Assembly (NCBI GenBank): GCA_918797485.1
Contig: CAKKNE010000001.1
Coordinates: 5,890,001-5,954,000, forward strand
Direction: 5' to 3'
Source: Pelagomonas calceolata
Taxonomy: Eukaryota
DNA length: 64,000 nucleotides
Below are positions 1 through 10,076 of the stretch, piece by piece. Numbering within the stretch: position 1 is the stretch's first letter; each line of letters starts with the position of its first letter. Below the pieces are notes generated by a model. That model was not told the origin of the DNA. It worked only from the letters and a program-made list of their open reading frames with translations, and did no database searches. The position numbers and the translations under genes are program-made.

Positions 1-416
1 CTTCTCAAATAACTTTTGTACTTGCGGATGCCGGCCTGCGTCCGGTTTCTGGCATGCTGGGGGTTGAAGAACGGCAACCCAGACTTGATATCCCACGGCC
101 GATAGAGCTCGGCGTGGAAGCGGTCGCGCGGGACGAAGGGCGCGTAGACTGCGTAGAGCTCGTCCTCGTCGAGGCTCTTCTGTTCCGTCTTACCCTGGCG
201 GCTGGTGATGGCGTGGGCCTCGCGCTCCTGGTAGGTCGCGCAGAAGATCGAGAACGTGTACGTCGGATTCGCTTTGATGAGAAACTCGTCGAGCGTCGGC
301 GCCGTGAGATCAAAGGTGCGCACGTGGCCCGTTAGCAGGATGGCCGCGCGCCGCGACTGCGCTTGTGAAAAAACACCGAGGCCGATCAGTCCGATGAGCC
401 ACCTCATCCGTGCCAT
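1..416 (-). CDS. Secreted protein, 5' part only (runs off the window start)
   Basis: Hand translation of the minus strand from ATG 416 is open to position 1: MARMRWLIGLIGLGVFSQAQSRRAAILLTGHVRTFDLTAPTLDEFLIKANPTYTFSIFCATY... It has a signal-peptide-like start. Absent from the ORF track because no stop lies in the window. Confidence 0.75.
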   Translation of the reverse strand, partial: MARMRWLIGLIGLGVFSQAQSRRAAILLTGHVRTFDLTAPTLDEFLIKANPTYTFSIFCATYQEREAHAITSRQGKTEQKSLDEDELYAVYAPFVPRDRFHAELYRPWDIKSGLPFFNPQHARNRTQAGIRKYKSYLR

Positions 417-598
417 CGACGCGTGGTTTTTATTTGTGTGGCTTAGACCAAAATTTCCAGGCCTTTCTCCTGTCAGCTCAGAGATTCTCAGACAGGCCTC
501 GCCACCAGATAACTATAGTATAGAAGCTTAGAAAAAAAAGTGAAAAACTGCCCGGTTGAGTGATTGGTGGCCCGACGCGTCGATGGACCGTGGCTAGC

Positions 599-621
599 CT
601 AGTGTGTTACATACCGCTAGC
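599..621 (+). promoter_or_regulatory. CTAG-box upstream motif
   Basis: ctagtgtgttacataccgctagc, ~160 bp upstream of NAA35. Confidence 0.6.
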
Positions 622-778
622 TTGGCGGCGTCTCTCGTGCCTGGACTCGCGCTGATCGCGCAGCGGTGCTCTGTAAAAAGAGTCCTCAGCATCGCTGTCA
701 TTCGTGCTCGGACCCGTTTCTACACGAGTGCTGCATTCGCTGCTGCGGTAGACACCCTTAGCCATCGTGGTCGCCACC

Positions 779-2992
779 ATGGCTGCCAGCGATGCGCCGC
801 CGCCGCCGCCTGTTGACGAGGAGGACGAGCGCTGGGTCGACGTCACCGAGGACGTGGCCGGCGTCGCCGCGTCGCTGGACGTCGACGAGCTGCTCCGGGC
901 GCCGACGTTCTCGCTCTACGACAGCATGTCCGCGCTGGAATTGATGGATCCCAAAATGGACGCGCTGGGCTCCGAGCCGCCGCAGCGGTCCGTGGCGGAG
1001 TTGTTGAAAGACCTGCCGGTCGACCTCGCGCCCGGCCCGGCCATCATTATACTAGATAGGCTACTCGCGCTCGAGGTGTCCTACCACGGCGGCGCGTCGC
1101 TGCACGACTCTATTTTAGAATGTGTCGCGTTGCGGGACCCCGCGACGGCGGCGCTGAGCGACGCGTCGCCGGCAAGTAAGGCCGTCGCGCAGGCCGCGAA
1201 TTTGACCTTGTGGGTCTGCGAGGCCGCGCGCGAAATTGTGGTCGCGGCGGACATTTTTGAAGAGGAGGACTTCGCGACGTCCACGACCAAGGTCAGCAAG
1301 GCCGTCGAGGAGGCGCGGCGGCGGGGCCGGGCGCTCCCCGTTGATGAATCTGTCGAGGACGCGCGGTTGCAGGCCCACGTTGCGCTGAGACGGTCCCTGG
1401 CCGAGGCCGTCGCGCGCCTCGGCGCGGAGCGGCACGCCCTTCAGGACGACGGCGGCGCGACGGACCGAGCCCGGAACGCTCTAGACCAGCTCGATGCCTT
1501 GGATGCGGATCATAGTGATGGCGACGCGACGATTGCGGACGCATGGTTCGCGACCTGCCGCGACGAGCACGCCACCACGAGAGGCGTCAGCCCGCCGCAG
1601 GGCGGCTGGGCGTCATCAGATGAACGGAAAGCAACGCGGGACGCCTGCCGCCAGCTGCTTAGGGGTTTGGACCGGGTCTGGGACCTGAGGAGGTGCCTGG
1701 CATTTTTAAGGTTCAGTGACGAGTCGACCGAGCTCCCGGCCCTACCTTCAGTGGATGCGCGGCGCTGCGAGCACGCGCACAGTCGTCTCCTCAGACTGTG
1801 CTTGAATGTTGGCCATCAATCAAGGGGCGGCGGCCGCTTCGTGCTGCCTCGGTCCTTCGCGGCGTTGGAATTGGGGGGCGCCGGCGCGCCGCTGCGGAAA
1901 CTCCTGAATCAGGACGACTTTGGCGCCGAGGCGTCGGCGACGCGCTTGGGGCGGGGGCCGAAGAAGGCGTCCGTGTTCGGCGTGGTCGTCGACTCGATCG
2001 TGAGCGGTGGCGCGCCGAACTGCGTGGTCCAGTGCCGCGCGGGCGCCGAGTTCGCGTCCCGAGCATCGTTGCGCGTATTGCATGTCTTGCGAGCCGTCGC
2101 GTCGGCGAACCGAGCGCGCTTACGACAACAACTTCCGGGACTGTTGTTAGATTGGGCGCAGCTTGTGGAAGATGCGCGCCGCGCCGATATGAGATGTGCT
2201 GAAGCTTTACGCTTGCCCAACGAGCACGCGCGATATCTGGGCACCTGGGCCCTCAAATATAGCCTGTTGTTGATGGAGCGGACGTTGGCGTTGGACGTGT
2301 CGCTCGAGTTAGTGGTCACTCCTTCTGATTTGGAGCATGTTTTTTGGTACCGCGAGTACTTGCTTGCAGCTAGATCGACGCTGGCGCAGGACGCGAGGCG
2401 GCAACGTGTACTACTGAGAGATTCATTGGCAGAACAGCCCGACGCGCCGCGAATTACGGAAGAGGAGCGGCGCTTGGATGCTTTGGCGGACGCGCGCGAC
2501 GCCGCGCTCGAGGCTTCACTCAGGGGCGCGCGGTGTCTGTGTCGCGCGACGCATTTGGTTTGTGCGGCGCGAGCCGCGCGGGACGCGGCGACGTCGGACG
2601 GCGGGCAGACGTACGTGTATGCTTCTCGTAGAACTCGTTTCGCGAAGCGGTTCTCGGCGTTTGCCTGCTTCGCCGAGCCGGCGCCCATCCAGTACGAGGC
2701 CTATGAAAGTATCTCATTGAAACAACGGGCGGCCTGCGACGATATTCCAACGGCCGCGGCCAAGTTTTTTGGAGACGCCGCGCAATTGGTGGACCACGCG
2801 ATCAAGCTCGGGAAGACGGCGGAGCCCGTGTTGTATTCCACGGCCGACGCCGACGACCTCGTGGCGTTGAAGCGTGTCGCCGTGTCGAATCGCGTGGGCC
2901 TCGCGCGCGCGGACGCGGACGCGGACCCACCGCCCAAGTTCGCGCTGGACCTGGCGGCGCACGAGGACTTTCCGGTGGTGAAGGGGCTCTGA
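779..2992 (+). CDS. NAA35: NatC N-acetyltransferase auxiliary subunit (Mak10/NAA35)
   Basis: N-terminal WVDVT...FSLYDSMSALELMDPKMD is the Mak10 signature. Length is ~737 aa, with later ELEHVFWY-like and RFAKRFSAF motifs. ATG at 779 is in a gccaccATGg context. Confidence 0.9.
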   Translation: MAASDAPPPPPVDEEDERWVDVTEDVAGVAASLDVDELLRAPTFSLYDSMSALELMDPKMDALGSEPPQRSVAELLKDLPVDLAPGPAIIILDRLLALEVSYHGGASLHDSILECVALRDPATAALSDASPASKAVAQAANLTLWVCEAAREIVVAADIFEEEDFATSTTKVSKAVEEARRRGRALPVDESVEDARLQAHVALRRSLAEAVARLGAERHALQDDGGATDRARNALDQLDALDADHSDGDATIADAWFATCRDEHATTRGVSPPQGGWASSDERKATRDACRQLLRGLDRVWDLRRCLAFLRFSDESTELPALPSVDARRCEHAHSRLLRLCLNVGHQSRGGGRFVLPRSFAALELGGAGAPLRKLLNQDDFGAEASATRLGRGPKKASVFGVVVDSIVSGGAPNCVVQCRAGAEFASRASLRVLHVLRAVASANRARLRQQLPGLLLDWAQLVEDARRADMRCAEALRLPNEHARYLGTWALKYSLLLMERTLALDVSLELVVTPSDLEHVFWYREYLLAARSTLAQDARRQRVLLRDSLAEQPDAPRITEEERRLDALADARDAALEASLRGARCLCRATHLVCAARAARDAATSDGGQTYVYASRRTRFAKRFSAFACFAEPAPIQYEAYESISLKQRAACDDIPTAAAKFFGDAAQLVDHAIKLGKTAEPVLYSTADADDLVALKRVAVSNRVGLARADADADPPPKFALDLAAHEDFPVVKGL

Positions 2993-3124
2993 TGGGATGA
3001 TGATGGGTAAATTTAATTGGATGTATCCGGTTCACATCTGTAAAACCCGTTTTCCCAGTGGTCGTGTGGGTGTGAGTACTCGGCCAGCGGTCACTACTGG
3101 GTTTGACTCGCCCGCCACTTAGCT

Positions 3125-4141
3125 ATGGACGTGTCATCTATTGACCTGTCGGCTGCGGTACGACAAGCGTACCGCGAGTCAAGAGATTCGGGAGCTCACC
3201 CTGGGATGCCTCCGCTAGGCAGGAACCCAAGCGAGCTGGTGCGCGCTTATGAGGCGGGCGAGGACCGTACAGAACTTCTGCGCGAAGCAAGGTATCTGTC
3301 ATCGATAGCGGCACCCTTAAGACCGCTGGTGCAGCGATTATTCTTGAGCCGCGCGGGCGACACGGTTCGCATCAACGCGCACATGGGCGAACGACCTCTT
3401 CTTTATGAACACACGGTTGGGCAAATCGCTGGGCGGGGATATGCAAATCGGTTGTGCGATGGTGGGCCAGGTGAAATAATTCTCACCTTGATAGTGTTCG
3501 ACGACGAGGCCGCCCTAGTATGCTCGCGGCCTGGGTCCTATGGGGCAACCATCATAAATTACCAGCGCTCGGTGGCGTTTGAGGAACACTTGTTTGCGCG
3601 TGATGATGATAAAGCAAATCTAGTGCCGTGGGAAAGTTTCGCGCCGCTGCCCACTCGGGTGACTGTCATCCTTGATGATACTGCCAGCGGTCATCAGCAC
3701 CGGATGACTCACATCGAAAAAATGTCAGAATTTACCAAAGGGCTCTGTCGCGTTTTAGAAGGGCGGCGCGTTGTTGCCCTGTCGAATTCCAGTCGCTGTG
3801 TCCACCCGCCGTACACTGTCGGGGAGGATCGACTTCAATTATCGAAGATGGTGCCTATACAATGCGGAGATTTCGAGGACCCTGAGGCCCTGGCTGTTTT
3901 TGGAGAGTGTGTGAAGACGTGTTACAGTGACTGGTGGGAATCCGTTCGGCACGGTCCCTTCCCGCCCCCGTTCTCGCTCACGCGCGCGCACCGCCGGACC
4001 GTCCGCGGCCCGCACATTGTAATGCGGGCGCTTCTGGAGAGGCGTCGCGCGATGCTCGGAAAAGATGCGCTGTTCGTGATCTACAACCTATACCGCCGGA
4101 TGCCCGATCCGATGTTCCGAGTTATCCTATCCTTCCTATGA
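3125..4141 (+). CDS. Hypothetical protein, lineage-specific family
   Basis: 338-aa ATG-to-stop ORF filling the gap between genes. It has lower GC than its neighbours and ends in ...RMPDPMFRVILSFL. Confidence 0.65.
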   Translation: MDVSSIDLSAAVRQAYRESRDSGAHPGMPPLGRNPSELVRAYEAGEDRTELLREARYLSSIAAPLRPLVQRLFLSRAGDTVRINAHMGERPLLYEHTVGQIAGRGYANRLCDGGPGEIILTLIVFDDEAALVCSRPGSYGATIINYQRSVAFEEHLFARDDDKANLVPWESFAPLPTRVTVILDDTASGHQHRMTHIEKMSEFTKGLCRVLEGRRVVALSNSSRCVHPPYTVGEDRLQLSKMVPIQCGDFEDPEALAVFGECVKTCYSDWWESVRHGPFPPPFSLTRAHRRTVRGPHIVMRALLERRRAMLGKDALFVIYNLYRRMPDPMFRVILSFL

Positions 4142-4180
4142 TGAGGAGCGTAAATACATACAAAGGTATTTTACAATTGA

Positions 4181-6148
4181 CTACGCCACGTCTCGAGCCC
4201 GGTGCCGCGCGACCTCCTGCTTCGCGTGCGCGTTGATCTCCCAGCGCGATAGTTTTCCGTCCCCGTCGAGATCGCCAGCTGCCTCGAGCACCGCCTCGAC
4301 GAGCGTATACTCTCCCGAAAACGTTTCGTAGCCAGCTCGTGCGATCGCATGTTTCAATTCCTTTCGGTTTATCCGCCCGGAGCCGTCCAAGTCCAGCGTG
4401 GCAAATTCTTCAGCCGACAGCCGCCCGTCTCCATCGGCATCAGCCAAAGCGTAGATCCGCTCCCAGAGCCGCCGCGCCCAGTGGCCCACGAGCAACGCGT
4501 GGCACTGGACCCCATCGTCTTCGCCTGGCATGCGCTCCGGATGCGCCGCGAGCTCCTTTCCGATTATCTCGCCGTCCCGCTCTCTCTCCAGCGACTTAAA
4601 CGACGCGACCCGATATATCCGCTCCTCATCAATTGGTTCGCCCCGCACGTGCGTCACGTATCCCTCCCCATCGACCGTAATCCCGTCGTCGATCTGCATA
4701 TATCCAGGATTAGCGTGGCCCCACCGCTCACGCACGCCGTGCTTCAGCGCATGACCTGTGCGGAAATGTAAGTTCACGGCGCCTTCGCGCTGAATCATTG
4801 CGTCGAACCCCACGTCATCAACGCGACGTCTGCTCGATGGCGTCGTCGCGGGGACAAGATCTCTACACAGCGCATGACCGGAAAGCTTATACACGTTCAC
4901 GTCGTCCTTGGCTTGGATCTCCGCCCTCAACGTTTCTAGCGAGACGTACGCGTCATCGTCATAAGCCTTGGCGGCGCGCGGGCAGGACGCGCCCTTGATG
5001 ATGCAACAATCCACGGTGTCCCTGTACGCGTTCAAAGCGTCCCGGATCTCGGAAAGTAGAAACGCGCCCATCGTCACGAGTTGGCCCCGCGAATCGACGG
5101 ATGAGAGCGGCCTGTATTTTTCGGGGACGACGGCCAGCTGCGTATGGCGCCTGTGTGGATATCAAGCTCGACGCCGTCGAGCAGATTTCGCGTCGGTGGC
5201 GTGAAGGGACGTCCGCGCCGGCTCGCGCATCTTATCCAACACCGCATACGCCTTCGCCGCGGCGAGGGCGAGGTCGCCGTCCGCTTTGTACGACGCGACT
5301 TGCGCGACGTGGGCGTCGATATTCAACTTCGGATCCCATACTAAGTCCACGATCTGGGCATGGTGCGCGTCCATGCCCGGTTTTATGATGCGCGTGCCCT
5401 CGACCACTTTATCCACTATATGGTGGTCGTGGCCCGACAGGATGAGGGGAAAGTCGAAGTCCCTTGCCGTTTTTTCATCTTGATCCTCGTACAAGTGGCA
5501 CAGCGGCAGGACGAGGTCGGCCCCCTCTTCATGAAGGCGCGGCGCCCACTCCGCCAACGTCGCCCAGGGGTCTAGGATCTGAGCGCCGTTGAACGCGCCG
5601 GGCTTCGGCGACGTGTGCGACGTGACGCCGAGCATGGCGATTCGTTTCGAGCCGACCGTGAGCCACGCGTGCGTCGCCTGGCACGCGGAACCTTCGACAG
5701 TTTCGTGCGTCGGCATGTTCGTGTTGAGCCATGTGCCCTGGTACTCGCGCTCCCGCGCGAAGACATCAGCCGGCGACAAATTATCTTCGTGGTTGCCCCA
5801 GATCAAATAATCGACGGGCGTGCGGTTCAGCATCTTCATCATCCCGCGGCCCTTGTCGATGGCCGAGAGGAGGTAGGGCATCAGAAAGTCGCCCGTCAAC
5901 ACGCTGATCGTGACGGCGTCCGGGCCGTGCTGCTGCTCAAATTCCTCTCGTTTTTCGACGATCAACGTCTTCAGGTGCGGGAAATTATCTAAAGTGTAGA
6001 CGTCCGTGACATGAATGATTCTTAGCGCTGCTGCGGGCGTCGTCGACGAGGCGCAGCGCACGAGGCTGGGTGCGGCCGCGCCGTTGCGTGCAGAAGCCAC
6101 GCGGGGCCTCGCAGCCAAGGTCCTCGACGACAGCGCGAAGCGCCGCAT
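4181..6148 (-). CDS. 5'-nucleotidase-type metallophosphoesterase with C-terminal EF-hands (2 exons)
   Basis: Motifs HVTDVY, GDFL, GNHE, CHL and GHDH. EF-hand loops DADGDGRLSAEE, DLDGSGRINRKE and DLDGDGKLSRWE. Two in-frame ORFs are joined by a 78-nt intron at 5151-5228. The Arg/Ala/Ser-rich N-terminus resembles a mitochondrial presequence. Confidence 0.85.
5151..5228 (-). other. Predicted GC-AG intron with introner-like 3' end
   Basis: Reads gcgcgagc...ttgatatccacacag. Removal deletes the in-frame stop and gives LDKM-RHTQLAVVP. The 3' end matches the TIR of the element at 47100-47258. An upstream GT donor in the same phase cannot be excluded. Confidence 0.7.
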
Positions 6149-6264
6149 TTGTTACGAATCGTACCTCTGCTATCACTGTAGTATCAGAACGTCTCGGAGA
6201 AGCGTTAACCGTCGAAGGGCGTGCACACAGGCTGCCAAAAAGTCAAGCGCAAAAGTAGTGGGAG

Positions 6265-6285
6265 CTAGTGACAGTAAGTCACTAG
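6265..6285 (-). promoter_or_regulatory. CTAG-box upstream motif (palindromic variant)
   Basis: Minus strand ctagtgacttactgtcactag, upstream of the 5'-nucleotidase gene. Confidence 0.5.
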
Positions 6286-6323
6286 AAAGGACAAAGCTCG
6301 ACACTTATCCAAGGAGGCGCCTA

Positions 6324-7364
6324 CTACTCGACCTCGACCTCCTCCGCCACGCTCACGCGCGTCGCCGCGTCGCGCGCCCAGAGGTGCACGGACCGGTCGT
6401 CGGAGCAGAACGCGACGGTCTTGCCGTCCGGCGCGAATTTGATGGATCGCACGGTCTGGCCCCCGACGTGGTCCTCCGTCTCCGGGCCGATGTACTCCGA
6501 CGCGAGCTTCTTCCTATCTTCCAGACGGTACATCGTCGCGCGGAAGTCCCAGCCGCCGGCCACGAATACATCACCTTCCGGAGAGAACGCGAGCGCGAAG
6601 AAGTGCTGCTCCGCGGGATTCGTTATCTCCCACAATCTTTTTCCGGTCGCCGCGTCGAAGCCTATGACCTTGTCGGCCCAGTCGCACGACGCGAGGATTG
6701 AACCGTCCGGCGTGTAGGCCAGGTCGCGGCAGTCGGCCGCGATCGAGTCGAGCTTGGATCTCCACACAATCTCCTCCGGTTGCTTCGTGCGTGAAGCGTC
6801 CGCCCGCCAAACCGTCACGGCGGCGTCGAAGCCGCCCGACGCCAACATGCTACCGTCCGGGCGCCAGGCCAACGCCTTGAGCACGCCGTCGCACGACAGC
6901 GTGCGGAGGAGGTGGCCCCGATCTTTGTGCCAGAGCGTCACCTTCTTCTCGAAGCAGCCGCAGGCGAAGACCGGCTGCGTCGGCGCGAAGGCGCAGGCGT
7001 AGACGATGCCGCCGTGGTCCAGCGTCTCCTGCAGCTCGCCGTCCTCGGCGTCGAACAACTTCCCCTGCTTGTCGAAGCCGCCGCCGCAGCCCAGCGTCTT
7101 TCCATCCCCACTCCAGTCGAGGCACTCGACCCAGTCGCCGACGTCCACCTCCAGGACCTTCTTTTGGGTAGAGGCGTCCCACACAATAATCTTCTTGTCG
7201 TAGCCGCCGGCCGCGAGCTTCGTCCCGTCCGGGGACCAGGCCACGGCCTTGACGTCGCTCGTGTGTTCTAATTGTCCAATATGGGGCTTGCCGAGATAGG
7301 CGGCGGGCAGGCCCTCGTCGCGCGGCCGCGGCGTGCGCCAGTCGTCTGGTAGAGATGCGACCAT
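6324..7364 (-). CDS. WD40-repeat beta-propeller protein
   Basis: About 7 repeats of the type VKAVAWSPDGTKLAAGGYDKKIIVWD. Likely ATG at 7364. Confidence 0.9.
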   Translation of the reverse strand: MVASLPDDWRTPRPRDEGLPAAYLGKPHIGQLEHTSDVKAVAWSPDGTKLAAGGYDKKIIVWDASTQKKVLEVDVGDWVECLDWSGDGKTLGCGGGFDKQGKLFDAEDGELQETLDHGGIVYACAFAPTQPVFACGCFEKKVTLWHKDRGHLLRTLSCDGVLKALAWRPDGSMLASGGFDAAVTVWRADASRTKQPEEIVWRSKLDSIAADCRDLAYTPDGSILASCDWADKVIGFDAATGKRLWEITNPAEQHFFALAFSPEGDVFVAGGWDFRATMYRLEDRKKLASEYIGPETEDHVGGQTVRSIKFAPDGKTVAFCSDDRSVHLWARDAATRVSVAEEVEVE

Positions 7365-7722
7365 GTTGTTTGGTGCAAAGTGCTGCGGCTGTGAGTGCTG
7401 CGCCGGCGCGCTTTTGTGGCGCAGGCGCACAGTGGGTTGATGAGACCCTTTGGACGCAGCGACGTGCCGCGAATCGACGGATGGGCTGCGCTATCACCGA
7501 TTTACCTTGTCCACTTCCAACCAGGCAAGCGTGAGTGCGGGTTCGCCGACGATCTGGCGCTTCCTCTCCGGAGGCCCTCCGAGGAAGTGCATTACGACTA
7601 CGGAGGGCTGCCGACAGACGAGCGCCCAAAAAAGGAGGCCTCGACCGCGCGCGCGAAGATCCTTCAGAAAACCTACGTTACATTCCTGACACCGACGACG
7701 ACTGCCGCGAGGAGACAACCGC

Positions 7723-8742
7723 TCAGCACCCCGCCCCGCGCAGCGCCGCGGCGACGGCCTCCTCGTTCGCGAAGCGCCGCGCCGTCGCGTTGCCGAGCCG
7801 CACCAGCGACGTCTCGAGCGACGCCGCGAGGTCCCGGGCCCCGACGAAGGCCAGCAGCCGCCGCCAATAACTCTCTCCCTCCGCACCGGTCAGGTCCTCG
7901 AACGCGACGTGATGCTTCCTCATTGATGGCACGGCCCGCAGCAACCTATCATTAAGTTTGTCCACCTCCTGGAGCTGGCGGCACTGGTCCCGGACGTAGG
8001 CCAGGTCCGCCGTCGGGAGGGCGCCCCTTAACTTTTTCCCGGAGTGCCCCGCCAACTCGATCCCTGTCGCGGTCCCGAACGCCTTCGACGCCTCGTGCAT
8101 TTTATCTTTGCGCCACCGCGACGCGATTAATGCCAGCGTGTCCCGGCGTTTCAGGACGACGAAGCGCACGTCGCTCTGTGACGCCCACTGCGCCGCATGT
8201 TCGACGCCGGCCGCTGTCCGCAACCCCTGGGACCGCGGGAACCACTTAAATCCTCTAGAGCAGCACCTTGTATGACGACAGAAGCGGTACTGGTCGAAGC
8301 GCGGCCACCAGGCCTTCTCGAGGTGCGCGAGGGCCTTCCTCGAGATCGCGTCGTCGGGGCGCGACGGCGACCACGTTTTTGCGTTGTTGTGGATCGCGTC
8401 GATGGCGCTTGTAATGGCCTTGCCGACGGCGGAGTGACACGTCCTCACGTTCTTGTGGCCGACGGCACCGCACGGGTCCTTCCATTGCGGTATCAACAGC
8501 TCGTAGCCGCAGCAGACTTCCGGGTGCGAGTCGAGCATCTCGACGACGTAGCTCGACCCGCTCCTTGCGCTACTCAGCACGAGGAATTTGTGCGGGTGTT
8601 TTTCGCGGGCGCACGCCGCGGTCCGCCAGCGCTCGTCGTTGTGCGTCGTCTGCGTGCCGCGGCGCTTGATGGGCTTTTTGCAGGTGTGGTTGCCCCACGC
8701 GCTGACGCGCTGGGCCGCCGCGAGGAGCAATAATGTGATCAT
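7723..8742 (-). CDS. Secretory-pathway sulfotransferase (Stf0-like)
   Basis: Signal peptide MITLLLLAAA. PAPS-binding loop FLVLSSARSGSSYV..MLDSHP, then GFKW, VVLKRRD..A...S and VAFEDL. Confidence 0.8.
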   Translation of the reverse strand: MITLLLLAAAQRVSAWGNHTCKKPIKRRGTQTTHNDERWRTAACAREKHPHKFLVLSSARSGSSYVVEMLDSHPEVCCGYELLIPQWKDPCGAVGHKNVRTCHSAVGKAITSAIDAIHNNAKTWSPSRPDDAISRKALAHLEKAWWPRFDQYRFCRHTRCCSRGFKWFPRSQGLRTAAGVEHAAQWASQSDVRFVVLKRRDTLALIASRWRKDKMHEASKAFGTATGIELAGHSGKKLRGALPTADLAYVRDQCRQLQEVDKLNDRLLRAVPSMRKHHVAFEDLTGAEGESYWRRLLAFVGARDLAASLETSLVRLGNATARRFANEEAVAAALRGAGC

Positions 8743-8941
8743 GTGGTCTTATTATACTAATTATTCATTCATCTGAGGCACGACGGCGTTGCCAACAGTT
8801 AGTACAGTCACCGGTGGGCTTGCGTATGATGCGCTGTACTGATTTGACGCGTTCGCGTCCGCAGACCGTGCCAAACCCGATTTTTTCAGCTCCCAAAAAT
8901 CACAAACGCCGTCGCCGCGATACAGACCCCGCCAACGCAAA

Positions 8942-10060
8942 ATGATCCTTACAACCTGCGCCGCCTGCGCCGCCCCACTGGCCCACAACGCGCCGCGATG
9001 CGTTAGATGTAAGACCAGGTACTGTGATGCCACTTGCCAGCATGACCACTGGCGCCGCGGCCACAAGCAGATCTGTAAAAGAACACACCGCGGCGGCAAC
9101 GCGGAGCAATATCACGCCGACAAAAAATACAAGGAGGCCGTCGCGGAGGCGGTCGAGGCGTGCGCGGACGACACGAAGGGCCAGACCTGCTACATCTGCA
9201 CGCAGGCCCTCCACTGGAAAACGAAGGAGGGACTCGTGCGCGGGTGCGCGTGCCGCGGAACGGCGGGTTTCGCGCATGTGTCGTGCTTGGCGGAGCAGGC
9301 GAAGATTTTGGTCGCGGAGGGCGAGGAGAACAATTTGTACGGCAAGGTACTAGCTGAGAGGTGGAGGCGGTGGCACAATTGTAGCCTATGCAAACAGCAG
9401 CACCACGGCGTCGTGTTTTGCGCGCTCGGGTGGGCGTGCTGGAAGACGTACGTGGGCCGGCCGGAGACGGACTGGACTCGGCGCACTGCGATGAACCTGC
9501 TTGGGAGCGGTTTACACTCTGCAAAGCACTACGAGGAAGCATTATCCGTGAAAGAGACCGAGCTTTCTACCATGCGGCGCATTGGCGAATCAGAAGAAAA
9601 CATTCTCGTCTCGCAGAATAATCTCGCTAACACGTATCACGAACTCGGACGGTTTGAACAGGCCCTATCGATGCAGCGAGATGTATACTCTGGAACTTTG
9701 AAGCAATACGGCGAAGAACATGAAGAAAGCTTGATTTCGGCCGTAAATCTCTCAACGGCCCTCGTCGACACCGGAAATTATGCCGAAGCCAGGGCCTTCA
9801 TGCCCGACCAGGTGGCACTGACCAAGCGCGTACTTGGATCTGATCATATAATCACGCTCGACTTCCAGTGGGGTTGGGCTAGAGCCTTTACAAGAGACGT
9901 GGACGTGACCGCCGAGCAGCTAGCCGAGGCGGTGGCCAACCTCGAGAAAGCCGTCAAGATCGCGCAGCGAGTCCTCGGAAGCGAGCATCCAAGCACTCGT
10001 AATTATCACCGCGAGCTTGCGGCTGCAAGAAAATCGATTGCGCGTCGTAGAGGGGCATAA
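8942..10060 (+). CDS. MYND finger + RING-CH + TPR (kinesin-light-chain-like) protein
   Basis: MYND: CAACA...CVRCKTRYCDATCQHDHWRRGHKQIC. RING-CH: CYIC...CACRGTAGFAHVSCL...W...CSLC. Repeats such as NNLANTY and VLGSEHPST. Confidence 0.85.
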   Translation: MILTTCAACAAPLAHNAPRCVRCKTRYCDATCQHDHWRRGHKQICKRTHRGGNAEQYHADKKYKEAVAEAVEACADDTKGQTCYICTQALHWKTKEGLVRGCACRGTAGFAHVSCLAEQAKILVAEGEENNLYGKVLAERWRRWHNCSLCKQQHHGVVFCALGWACWKTYVGRPETDWTRRTAMNLLGSGLHSAKHYEEALSVKETELSTMRRIGESEENILVSQNNLANTYHELGRFEQALSMQRDVYSGTLKQYGEEHEESLISAVNLSTALVDTGNYAEARAFMPDQVALTKRVLGSDHIITLDFQWGWARAFTRDVDVTAEQLAEAVANLEKAVKIAQRVLGSEHPSTRNYHRELAAARKSIARRRGA

Positions 10061-10076
10061 GTAAATACAGAGAATC

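Noticed and set aside
413..586. Inverted ccatcgacgcgt / acgcgtcgatgg pair as a MITE
   Set aside because: The word is common throughout the window, one copy overlaps a start codon, and no TSD is visible.
5162..5164. In-frame TGA as selenocysteine or readthrough (likewise 30361-30363)
   Set aside because: Both stops fall inside well-formed short introns.
7395..7720. Possible small plus-strand gene between the WD40 and sulfotransferase genes
   Set aside because: No ATG-led, motif-bearing ORF, and it runs antisense into the next gene. It could be a fragment but is unsupported.
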